In this document: positions 42,321 through 50,609 of the stretch, in pieces
Layout: each line of letters opens with the position of its first letter
Position numbering within the stretch: position 1 is the first letter of the stretch
DNA from: an uncultured Verrucomicrobiae bacterium
Lineage (GTDB): Bacteria; Chlamydiota; Chlamydiia; Chlamydiales; Rhabdochlamydiaceae
NCBI GenBank assembly: GCA_963818965.1
Contig: CAWFUG010000012.1
Coordinates: 51,383 to 115,382, forward strand
DNA length: 64,000 nt
Direction: 5' to 3'
Notes under the pieces: generated by a model
Told to the model about the DNA's origin: nothing
What the model saw: the letters and a program-made list of their open reading frames with translations, nothing else
Database searches by the model: none
Made by a program: the position numbers and the translations under genes

Positions 42321-43380
42321 ATAGATCTCCAAGATGTCCATTGCACCGACTGCATTTAGCTTCCTTACCTGAAGAAAAAGGGTTCCATTTTGATTCAAGG
42401 GTTACGTTTTCAGGACAAATAGGAGCCTTAAAACTGGGCCATCCAGTGCCCGAGTCAAACTTTGCCGCTGAACTGAAAAGAGGAAGGGCGCAACCAGCAC
42501 ACTCATAAATGCCCGCCTTTTTGTTGTCGAAATAGGCATTTTTAAAGGGAGCTTCTGTTCCCCCTTTTCTTAAAATCTTAAATTGTTCGGGCGTGAGTTT
42601 CTCTTTCCATTGTTCTTCTGTCAGAATGAGTTTTTTTCCATCAAATCGATAATTTGAAGGGCAATCGCTAATTTTTTGTAAGGAAATACAGGCCCCCTTT
42701 TCGATCGTGGAGTCCCGGGGCTTTGACGCGCTCAAATTCGCAATTCTTGACCGGGCGCAGGATAAGAGAGAAATTTTGGATGAGCCCCACACTTCTTTGA
42801 GTCTTTTATCCCTTCCACAACGCATTCGATAAAATTTATATTTAATCGGGTTTTTTTTATAATATTTCTGGTGATATTCTTCGGCAGGGTAAAACGTGTT
42901 TATAGGCAGGATTTCTACTAAAATAGGCTTTACTTGATTCGCTTTAATTAACTCTTCTTTTGAGGCTTCTGCTTCCCTTTTTTGGGTGTCTGTCGAATAA
43001 AAGATCACTGGGCGGTATTGATCTCCGGTATCGCAAAATTGCCCGTCATTACGTGTGGGATCAATATTATGCCAATAAAAATCTAGCAATTGAGCATAGG
43101 TGACTTTTCGGGGATCAAACACTACACGTACAGATTCTAAATGGCCAGTTCCTCCTGCAGACACTTCCTCATAGGTCGGATTTTTAGTATTTCCACCAGC
43201 ATATCCAGCAGTAGTAGATATCACCCCTGGGACTCGATCAAAATCATGCTGAAGACACCAAAAACATCCACCTGCGAAAATCGCTGTCTCCGTGTTTTCG
43301 GAACTAAATAAATTCGAAGTCATTAAAAACATTCCAATGACAATCTTGACAAACAATCTAGGATATGAGAATACGATCAT
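42244..43380 (-). CDS. msrAB: Fused methionine sulfoxide reductase MsrA-MsrB, probably exported
   Basis: FAGGCFWC, AEEYHQ, SGTGWPSF, RYCIDS; exact start uncertain. Confidence 0.92.
   Translation of the reverse strand: MIVFSYPRLFVKIVIGMFLMTSNLFSSENTETAIFAGGCFWCLQHDFDRVPGVISTTAGYAGGNTKNPTYEEVSAGGTGHLESVRVVFDPRKVTYAQLLDFYWHNIDPTRNDGQFCDTGDQYRPVIFYSTDTQKREAEASKEELIKANQVKPILVEILPINTFYPAEEYHQKYYKKNPIKYKFYRMRCGRDKRLKEVWGSSKISLLSCARSRIANLSASKPRDSTIEKGACISLQKISDCPSNYRFDGKKLILTEEQWKEKLTPEQFKILRKGGTEAPFKNAYFDNKKAGIYECAGCALPLFSSAAKFDSGTGWPSFKAPICPENVTLESKWNPFSSGKEAKCSRCNGHLGDLFKDGPPPTGDRYCIDSAALNFRKSL
42682..42764 (-). repeat. Half palindromic element (arm type E) in frame in the MsrA-MsrB linker
   Basis: Minus strand TATCC-22 nt-ATTTGAGCGCGTCAAAGCCCCGGGACTCCACGATCGAAAAGGGGGCCTGTATTTCC. 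Confidence 0.88.
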
Positions 43381-43409
43381 AATCTTGTTATTAACGCATG
43401 AAGTGGGCA

Positions 43410-44777
43410 ATGTCAATATCAAATTTCTATTCTCTTGTAGTTATTGGAGCGGGCGCCGGAGGGCTTGTCGTTGCAATTGGATTTGCAAAAGCTGGTAAAA
43501 AGGTTCTCCTTATCGAAAATGGGAATTATGGCGGCGACTGCACAAATTTCGGATGTATTCCAAGTAAAACGCTCATTGGTCTTGCTGAGCATCAAAAAAA
43601 AGACCTTTCTTTCGTGCGTCAAATTGTCCAGGAAGTCAGGGCTCATGAAGAACCAGTATCACTAAATAAACTCGGCGTCGAAACATTAACAGCACAAGCA
43701 TCTTTTCTTGAACCTCACGTAATTCTCGCAAAAGAGAAGTCTGGAAAAACGGTTCAAGTTCAGGCCAAAAAAATTGTAATTGCGACGGGTTCTTCTCCTC
43801 AAATCCCTCCTATTCCAGGTCTTAATGAAACCCCTTTTCTGACTAATGAAAGCATTTTCAATCTCGAACAGATACCCAAGAGTTTGATAGTTTTAGGAGG
43901 AGGACCCATTGGATCTGAGCTTGCGCAAGCATTTCAGCGTTTAGGTACTGCGGTCCATTTGATTCACTCACATTCAGAAATTTTAGCGAGAGAATCAAAA
44001 GAAGCTAGTAACATCCTTATTGAACAGTTTAGAAAAGAGGGGATGACTCTTCATTTAAATTCTAAAATTGAGAGGATTGAATATAAATCCTCTAGCTTTA
44101 AGGTGGTATTATCTGACAAAACTGTCGAAGCGGAAAGGCTTCTTGTCGCTACAGGTAGAAAACCTCACATAAACGAGCTTCAATTAGAAAAAGCGGGAGT
44201 GGCTTTTACTGATAAAGGAGTGATTGTAGATGCCTTTGGAAGAACCTCTCAAAAACATATCTTTGCCATTGGCGATGCTACAGGGCCTCCCTTTTTTACT
44301 CATCTGGCGGAGAGTCGAGGTCGAACTGTATTAACAACGTTGCTGCTATCTCCCTTTTTTAAAAAGAAAATCGATCGACAAGCGATTCCCCGTGTTACTT
44401 ACACTGATCCTGAGATTGCTTCCATTGGCTTATCAGAAGAGGAAGCTTTTGAAACATATGGGCAAAAAAAGATTGCGGTGTACTTAGTTCCTATGTCGGA
44501 AGTCGACCGCGCCATTACGCAGGGCCGCACTGAAGGTTTTGTGAAAATTGTCACCAAGCGGTGGAGTAGCCATATTTTAGGCGCTACCATCATTTGCCCT
44601 CGTGCGGGGGAGATGCTCAGCGAGATCTCTCTTGCTATGTTCGCCAAAATTCCTTTGCGTAAATTGGCTGGATTAATCCATCCCTATCCGACGTATAGCC
44701 TTGCCATCCGTCGTGCAGCCGACAAGTGGCTCTCTCAAACAATCCTCTCATTTATTAGGACGTTATGCAAAAAATAA
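43410..44777 (+). CDS. Pyridine nucleotide-disulfide oxidoreductase (mercuric reductase-like)
   Basis: GAGAGG, GGDCTNFGCIPSK, GGGPIG, HPYPT; no C-terminal Cys-Cys. Confidence 0.88.
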   Translation: MSISNFYSLVVIGAGAGGLVVAIGFAKAGKKVLLIENGNYGGDCTNFGCIPSKTLIGLAEHQKKDLSFVRQIVQEVRAHEEPVSLNKLGVETLTAQASFLEPHVILAKEKSGKTVQVQAKKIVIATGSSPQIPPIPGLNETPFLTNESIFNLEQIPKSLIVLGGGPIGSELAQAFQRLGTAVHLIHSHSEILARESKEASNILIEQFRKEGMTLHLNSKIERIEYKSSSFKVVLSDKTVEAERLLVATGRKPHINELQLEKAGVAFTDKGVIVDAFGRTSQKHIFAIGDATGPPFFTHLAESRGRTVLTTLLLSPFFKKKIDRQAIPRVTYTDPEIASIGLSEEEAFETYGQKKIAVYLVPMSEVDRAITQGRTEGFVKIVTKRWSSHILGATIICPRAGEMLSEISLAMFAKIPLRKLAGLIHPYPTYSLAIRRAADKWLSQTILSFIRTLCKK

Positions 44778-45463
44778 AAAAATGGATCCCTCTCTTGGTT
44801 ATCGTCATTTTAATGCTGATTGCCTATTTTTCAGGAATCCTTCATTACTTTTCCTTTACCAATCTACAGATGCATAGACATACAATTGTTGCCTTTGTTA
44901 CCGAACATTGGGTTGTATCCCCACTTCTGTTTATTTTTCTCTACATCATTGTTGCCGCCCTCTCCCTTCCAGTGGGTGTTTTTCTTTCGCTTCTGGGAGG
45001 ATTTCTATTTATTCAACCTTTTAGCACTCTCTATATTGTAATCGGAGCTACGATCGGAGCTAGTCTTATTTTCTTAGCGGCAAGGACGGCCATTGGAGAT
45101 TTTTTAAAACAAAAAGCGAGCAGGTTCCTGCCGAAAATCGAAGCCGGTTTTCGTGAAAATGGGGTGAGTTATCTTCTTTTTTTACGTCTAGTCCCCCTCT
45201 TCCCTTTCTGGCTGGTTAATTTAGCTCCAGCCTTCCTGGGCATCCCCTTAAGAACATTTGTTTGGACCACTTTTGTCGGAATCATTCCAGGAGCTTTCGT
45301 ATTTGCCCAAGCTGGAGCGGGTCTTGGGGCCATTTTAGATTCTAATCAAGGATTTTCAATCGGTGGTATTTTTAACTGGCAGGTTAAAATTGCCTTGATT
45401 GCACTGGGTGTTTTTGCTCTAATCCCTATTTTGGTTAAAAAAATACGAAAAAATGCTCGATAA
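44765..45463 (+). CDS. TVP38/TMEM64 (DedA/VTT) membrane protein
   Basis: LRLVPLFPFWLVN signature. Confidence 0.9.
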   Translation: MQKIKKWIPLLVIVILMLIAYFSGILHYFSFTNLQMHRHTIVAFVTEHWVVSPLLFIFLYIIVAALSLPVGVFLSLLGGFLFIQPFSTLYIVIGATIGASLIFLAARTAIGDFLKQKASRFLPKIEAGFRENGVSYLLFLRLVPLFPFWLVNLAPAFLGIPLRTFVWTTFVGIIPGAFVFAQAGAGLGAILDSNQGFSIGGIFNWQVKIALIALGVFALIPILVKKIRKNAR

Positions 45464-45613
45464 TCGTCTTTTCTTGCTTATATCTACCCCCCTCTTCGAC
45501 AACTCAATCCCGGGGCTTTGGCGCGGCCCTACGGCCAACTTTTGAGTCCACTTGGGTATACGTTTGCAGCTCTTGTCTTTTTAACAACTGTTCTTCGGAT
45601 TAAAAATTTTTGA
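45453..45613 (+). pseudogene. Possible remnant of a CDP-alcohol phosphatidyltransferase (YnjF-like) gene
   Basis: MLDNRL start overlapping the DedA gene end and a TFAALVFLTTVLRIKNF* end, separated only by a half element. Confidence 0.4.
45481..45560 (-). repeat. Half palindromic element (arm type D)
   Basis: Minus strand TATACCCAAGTGGACTCAAAAGTTGGCCGTAGGGCCGCGCCAAAGCCCCGGGATTGAG...GGGGGGTAGATA. Confidence 0.85.
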
Positions 45614-45637
45614 AACAGGTGGGCCGGGCGGAGTATA

Positions 45638-46060
45638 TCATTGTAGCGAGCGGATTGACTTTAAGACTTCTTTGCGAGAAGCGTCGACTTGCATGCTTAC
45701 CCGATTGGCAGCCTCTTCACTCGTTTTTAGATTATTAGCCTCTTCGCCCCATACCGCGACAAGCTTTTGGATTGTTTTGGGCACTGGCTCTGGCATTAAC
45801 TGGGAAAGATCGCTGGCTAGAGCAATATATCCCCAACCGAGAAAGGGATTCCCTAACATATTATCCGATTGGAAATAGGCATAATTAACAACCACTTGCA
45901 ACTGCCCTAAATTTTTTAGGATTTCAATCCCGGCCACTCTTAAGTTTTGGTTTTTTTCAGAGATCTCAGATCGCCATGCAGTGAAAACAAAAGCAGAAAA
46001 AATAGTTAGCAGGCTAAAAACAGATATGACATTATTGAATTGTGTTTTAAATAACTTCAT
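45638..46060 (-). CDS. Hypothetical protein with N-terminal TM; last gene of the MNIO operon
   Basis: Starts 3 bp after the doxX-family stop, same strand. Confidence 0.7.
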   Translation of the reverse strand: MKLFKTQFNNVISVFSLLTIFSAFVFTAWRSEISEKNQNLRVAGIEILKNLGQLQVVVNYAYFQSDNMLGNPFLGWGYIALASDLSQLMPEPVPKTIQKLVAVWGEEANNLKTSEEAANRVSMQVDASRKEVLKSIRSLQ

Positions 46061-46063
46061 TAT

Positions 46064-46534
46064 TCAAGGCATCTTCTTGGTTTTGTTGGCTCCTGTAAGC
46101 CAATAATCGAAAGATATTTTGCCAGGGCCAAAACAAAATACAATCAGCACAGCATAGATAAAAAGAAAGGCTGTATCACTAAAAAAGAGAGAAGGATCGA
46201 GCTTTGAAATCAATGTGGATAGGGCTTCGCGGCTTGCTGTTATATAAGCAATGCATAACACAAAGAACAGAGGGATCGCGACAATACGTGAAAAAAGACC
46301 GAGCAATAATAAGCTTCCTCCAAGAAACTCTGTGCTACCGGCTAAAAGAGCATTAAGATAGGGCAGCGGGATACCGAGCGAGTGAAAATAATCAGCAATG
46401 GAGCTTAAGTGAGAGAGCTTTCCTATGCCAGTAATTAGAAATTGATATCCCCAATATAAACGAATAATGAGAAGAAGAAAAGAAGACATGGAATTGCCTA
46501 TTGCCGTCACCTGTGTCCAGAAAAGTTTAAGCAT
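46064..46534 (-). CDS. DoxX family membrane protein
   Basis: RLYWG, GKL, EFLGG..LLLGLFSR, GPGKISFD. Confidence 0.9.
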   Translation of the reverse strand: MLKLFWTQVTAIGNSMSSFLLLIIRLYWGYQFLITGIGKLSHLSSIADYFHSLGIPLPYLNALLAGSTEFLGGSLLLLGLFSRIVAIPLFFVLCIAYITASREALSTLISKLDPSLFFSDTAFLFIYAVLIVFCFGPGKISFDYWLTGANKTKKMP

Positions 46535-46543
46535 ATGTACTCC

Positions 46544-47380
46544 TTAATAATTTTCAGAAAAACTAAGCCAATCTCTTAATGAAATAATCTGAAACCATTC
46601 AACAATGTTATCGCAAGCAGTAAGTTGCGGAATGAGATCAATAAGCTTAGCTCCTTCTTGAAAGCGGCTTAACAATTCAAATCGAGCCTTTGAAATTTCT
46701 TCGTAAAAATCTTTTTCGTTTTTGCGAAAAAGAACAAAAGATGCTTTTTTACGTTTCTTTTTAATTTGAGGGAGATCGTGCGTTTGCCAGTAAATAGGTG
46801 GATGTTCTAAAAGTTGAGTGCGAAAGGTGAAAAAATCGACATCGAATTCAAAAAGCATGACAAAAGGTTGCAGATACAATATTTCACTACCGGCCTTGTC
46901 GAGTGTATTAGGATCGATTTTAGGCAGTATTTCGGTGAAAATAAGACGCTCATAAGCTAGATCGAGAGAAGCGAGCGCCAAAACTAAAGAAGCATTTTTT
47001 TCTTGATAATTCTTTTTAAGCCAATCTGGAATGTTCGATCCAATTCGAGAGAGAAACCAGTCCTGCGGAGGGCAATCTAAGAGATACGGCTCGGCGATCA
47101 AACGATTAAACTCCTCATATCCAAAAAGATGAACGAGGCTAGGGTAAAGTTCTTGTATGATTGTGATCAGTCGCCACCAATATTGTTGATGGTAGATTCC
47201 CATCCTCTCTTCACTTTTCAATTGAGGGCTAGATGCAATTCGCCCGCGAATATCCTCTATGAGATGACCTTGGTAGATAGGAAGATTTGCTGAGTCACAT
47301 TCTTGAAGAGGAGAAGTGATGATCTTTGCAAACCATGTTTGCATATCCAGAAGTGTGTTAGGGCAAGAAGATTCAATCAT
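46544..47380 (-). CDS. DUF2063 (HvfC/BufC-like) MNIO partner protein
   Basis: ERMGIYHQQYWWRL...YPSL N-terminal pattern; overlaps the DUF692 gene. Confidence 0.8.
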   Translation of the reverse strand: MIESSCPNTLLDMQTWFAKIITSPLQECDSANLPIYQGHLIEDIRGRIASSPQLKSEERMGIYHQQYWWRLITIIQELYPSLVHLFGYEEFNRLIAEPYLLDCPPQDWFLSRIGSNIPDWLKKNYQEKNASLVLALASLDLAYERLIFTEILPKIDPNTLDKAGSEILYLQPFVMLFEFDVDFFTFRTQLLEHPPIYWQTHDLPQIKKKRKKASFVLFRKNEKDFYEEISKARFELLSRFQEGAKLIDLIPQLTACDNIVEWFQIISLRDWLSFSENY

Positions 47381-48200
47381 AGATAACTTGCTTTTGGTAT
47401 GCTTTGGCCTTCAGTGCCTCTTTCCAGGTATCTTCAAAAGAAATAAAGCGATCATCCCATTCTAGGAGAGTTGAGACCCCTTTTGTCTTTGGGTAAACTT
47501 CCTTATAAATCTCCCAAACTTCATCTCGAACCGGATAATCGTGTGTGTCCAAGATATAACGTTCATAATCGCTATGGCCAGCTATATGGATCTGAACAAC
47601 GCGATCGAGTGGTAAATTGGAATAATAGTCTTTGGGATCATATCCTTCATTACGGCTTGAAACGTAAATGTTATTCACATCAAGCATCATTGAGATATCT
47701 GCTTTCTCAACAACGGCTGTATAGAATTCCCATTCAGTCATCTCATCATTTGTGAAATTGGCATTGGAGGAAAGATTTTCTAGAGCAAAGGGAATTTCTA
47801 AGAAATCTTGGATGATTCTCGCTCTTTCCGCGACGTAATTGGCAACTTCCATCCTTCGCGGCAAAGGCAGAAGATCGTGGAAACGGGCTCCTGGTAATCT
47901 GCCCCAGCACAAGTGATCTGACAGCCAGGGGGTTTTTGTTTTAACAGCAAGAGCTTTTAATTTTTTTAGATACTCCCAGTCGAGAGGAGCTGCGCTCCCA
48001 ATGGCAAGGCTAACCCCGTGCATAACCACGGGGTAGCGATCTAGAATCCTTTCTAAATTTCTGAGTGGCATTCCGCCACCCATGAAATTTTCGCTAATGA
48101 TTTCGAACCAATCAACAGGGGGCCATGCCGCAAAAATTTCTCTAAAATGGACGGGTCGTAAACCGACGCCAATTCCTAAATTGGGAATTTGTTTGCACAT
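47373..48200 (-). CDS. DUF692 multinuclear non-heme iron oxidase (MNIO)
   Basis: GVGLR, EIISENF, HGVSL, SDHLCW, LEN, LDVNN, IHIAGH, DTH, LLEWD. Confidence 0.93.
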   Translation of the reverse strand: MCKQIPNLGIGVGLRPVHFREIFAAWPPVDWFEIISENFMGGGMPLRNLERILDRYPVVMHGVSLAIGSAAPLDWEYLKKLKALAVKTKTPWLSDHLCWGRLPGARFHDLLPLPRRMEVANYVAERARIIQDFLEIPFALENLSSNANFTNDEMTEWEFYTAVVEKADISMMLDVNNIYVSSRNEGYDPKDYYSNLPLDRVVQIHIAGHSDYERYILDTHDYPVRDEVWEIYKEVYPKTKGVSTLLEWDDRFISFEDTWKEALKAKAYQKQVIYD

Positions 48201-48264
48201 GGCATGACCCTAAATGGATGGTTAAAAATCTATATAACACTTCAGTGCTTTTTGAAGCATTATT

Positions 48265-48531
48265 TCACATGCCACTTTTGCCTTTACAGCTACTATGACC
48301 AGTACAGTCGCTTTTACCCGTGCAACCGTTTTTCCCTTTGCACCCCGTTTTTCCTGTGCAATCACTCTTACCTGTACAGCCACTTTTGCCCTTGCAGGTG
48401 GTTTTTGAGCTGCAGCTACTTTTACCTGAGCCTGAAGCACCCATTCCGTTTGTTGAATTGGAACAGCCAGAAATAGCGCTGCCAATTATAAGCCCTGCCA
48501 TAGCCAATTTAAGAACATTTGTTGCCTTCAT
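48265..48531 (-). CDS. Cys-repeat lipoprotein; putative MNIO-modified RiPP precursor
   Basis: AAAGGAG RBS, lipobox-like ISG-C23, Cys at residues 40, 46, 52, 58, 64, 70, 76, 82. Confidence 0.85.
   Translation of the reverse strand: MKATNVLKLAMAGLIIGSAISGCSNSTNGMGASGSGKSSCSSKTTCKGKSGCTGKSDCTGKTGCKGKNGCTGKSDCTGHSSCKGKSGM
48271..48426 (-). repeat. 18-bp period degenerate tandem repeat encoding GKxxCx units
   Basis: GKSSCS SKTTCK GKSGCT GKSDCT GKTGCK GKNGCT GKSDCT GHSSCK. Confidence 0.85.
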
Positions 48532-48574
48532 AGTGTTAGATCTCCTTTAATTTCGATCTTCCAACTGATAGATA

Positions 48575-48597
48575 AATAAAAGATGTTTTATTGTCAA
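48575..48597 (-). promoter_or_regulatory. -35 box with adjoining inverted repeat upstream of the MNIO operon
   Basis: TTGACA (48592-48597, minus strand) and AATAAAA-GATG-TTTTATT (48575-48592). Confidence 0.45.
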
Positions 48598-48740
48598 ACT
48601 ATGGTTGTGAAGACTGTTGTATGAGCTTAGCAATGAGCGATGTCCATCCAGTTTGATGAACAATGCCATCGCTACGAATCATGAAATGAAAATAGAATTA
48701 GATCGCAAGAATTGAGGGTTATCTATCAGGCAGTATAACT

Positions 48741-48789
48741 TATACCCAAGTGGACTCAAAAATTGGCCATAGGGCCGCGTCAAAGCTCC
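48741..48789 (+). repeat. Type D element arm supplying the stop of the 604-aa gene
   Basis: TATACCCAAGTGGACTCAAAAATTGGCCATAGGGCCGCGTCAAAGCTCC. Confidence 0.85.
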
Positions 48790-50594
48790 ACCTTCTCCAG
48801 AAACTCTCCCCAGGGAGTGTCTTCGCAATCGAGTTGGAATTGATCCATGATTCTATTTCGATCTTCTTCGGGGCAGTCGGCGGAGAATTTAAAGTTTGTC
48901 AGTTCTAAATCTGTATTATAATCGAGGAACCCTAAGTTTCCGCTAACTTTAAAATGAACTAAAAATGATGCTTTCAGCTTCTCTTCTTTGACGATGTGGA
49001 AAGATTTGATGTGATCGACGCAGAATCCCACTCTATCCGCTTGGATGTCATACCGAGCCAGAACATCCCGGCCTAAGATCAAACGATGATCCACAGAATT
49101 ATTGGGATGCAATCCAGGACATAAGACTAATTTAAAAAACCAGAAACACATGGAAAATCTATAGTAGATTAGCGCGTTTAATAAGGGGAGCGTTGGAATG
49201 AGTTCTCTTTTTTTCTGTAAATTACCTACGCACTGATAAAAACCGATTAAAAGATCAGCCACAGCTTCCCCATTTTTCGATTTAAAATCTGAGTTACTCA
49301 AGAGGAGAGTGGAGATCAATGATTCGTACGGTCTCATCCGATTGAAAAAATCGGAAAGAGCCGTTTTTTTCCCCATCTCTTCAAAGAAACGGGAAAACCT
49401 GGCCTTTTCCGATTGTTTTTTAAATGCTTTTTTGAGGCATTTGGCGATAGAGCATTTGAGTTTTTTTTCCTCTGCTTTCTCTATAAACATTTTCTCTTGG
49501 AATAATTTGCGTTGCTCTTCTACGGAAAGGGGGGAGGAGAGCTTCAGCCTCTCTTGCATTTGAGCGACGAACCATTCGAAAAAATAATCAGATCGATCCG
49601 CTTCTTGAGAGATCCCTACGCTTTCATAATTGGGAATAATCAGATTTTCTGCATTGAAACAAATCGAGTTTTTTGGAGGAGGATCGTCAGAATAAAAACT
49701 ACGAAAAGTCATTGCAAATTCTCCTGCATTGGGGAAATAAGCAACTGGTGTCATAATGCTCTCACCATTGCCAGTAGGTCGAATGCTCATTCCGTGCTCT
49801 TCAAACCCCTGTTTAAATGAAAATCGCGTCTTTAAGAGGGATGCTCTCTTCCTCTCCATAGGAGATCCATCGATATGAAGCCTTAGCTTACTCCGGATTA
49901 TGTCCCCCTTATCTCCTCCTGCCTTTTGAAGGAGAATTCCCCCCTTTTCTTTCTCCATTATCTCATACAGGAGCTGTGCTTGTGGTTTTTCTAACTTTTC
50001 GTACCGATTCAAAAACTGAGTCGGATTCGCCTCTTTGGAAAAGTCGCCGAGAAACTGGTGCTCTTCGAGTTCAGACAATAATTCTGCAGCTTTTGTCACT
50101 CGCGCTAAAATCCCTGAACATTCCAGTGCATGCGTATAAACAGTGGCGATGGAGGTTTTAATTTCCTCTTCGGAAAGGGAGGTCTCTCCCACCGTTTTTA
50201 CAATCTGATCTTTTAATTTCTTTTCCCATTCTGGATAAGGAAGCACAGAAATATCGATAAAGCAAAGGAATGAGGACAAGGGAACGCGCACAAACTTTAA
50301 AGCGGGACTGCTCTTCAAGGGTTCGATACGTCTTGAAGAGGCGCTTCTCGATCGACGCTCCCGCTTACAACAAGATTCACTCGCCGCTAAATCTTTCAGG
50401 AATAGTCGAGGTATCTGATGGGATGAAGCAGCAGGCGTTATTTTGTCAGATCTGGGGGAGACAGAACGGGTCCGTAGCAAAGGACGCTCTCCTGGTGCGG
50501 TCGTAGTCTGCTCTGGGGAATGCTCTCTCGAGCTCTCTCGAGATGTCGGAGTTAGAATTATTGTCGTCGTCGTGGTCGGCGTAACACCTGCCAT
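48780..50594 (-). CDS. Hypothetical protein with Ser/Thr/Pro-rich disordered N-terminus (candidate effector)
   Basis: 604-aa ORF with GGAG RBS; no family recognised. Confidence 0.7.
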   Translation of the reverse strand: MAGVTPTTTTTIILTPTSRESSREHSPEQTTTAPGERPLLRTRSVSPRSDKITPAASSHQIPRLFLKDLAASESCCKRERRSRSASSRRIEPLKSSPALKFVRVPLSSFLCFIDISVLPYPEWEKKLKDQIVKTVGETSLSEEEIKTSIATVYTHALECSGILARVTKAAELLSELEEHQFLGDFSKEANPTQFLNRYEKLEKPQAQLLYEIMEKEKGGILLQKAGGDKGDIIRSKLRLHIDGSPMERKRASLLKTRFSFKQGFEEHGMSIRPTGNGESIMTPVAYFPNAGEFAMTFRSFYSDDPPPKNSICFNAENLIIPNYESVGISQEADRSDYFFEWFVAQMQERLKLSSPLSVEEQRKLFQEKMFIEKAEEKKLKCSIAKCLKKAFKKQSEKARFSRFFEEMGKKTALSDFFNRMRPYESLISTLLLSNSDFKSKNGEAVADLLIGFYQCVGNLQKKRELIPTLPLLNALIYYRFSMCFWFFKLVLCPGLHPNNSVDHRLILGRDVLARYDIQADRVGFCVDHIKSFHIVKEEKLKASFLVHFKVSGNLGFLDYNTDLELTNFKFSADCPEEDRNRIMDQFQLDCEDTPWGEFLEKVEL

Positions 50595-50609
50595 AATGCT
50601 CCCTAAAAT

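Noticed and set aside
43410..44777. True mercuric reductase merA
   Set aside because: No C-terminal Cys-Cys, no NmerA domain and no mer operon genes nearby
48222..48485. Val/Ala/Lys-rich 87-aa ORF, and the antisense ORFs over the precursor
   Set aside because: Shadow frames of the 18-bp repeat; the RBS and signal peptide belong to 48265..48531
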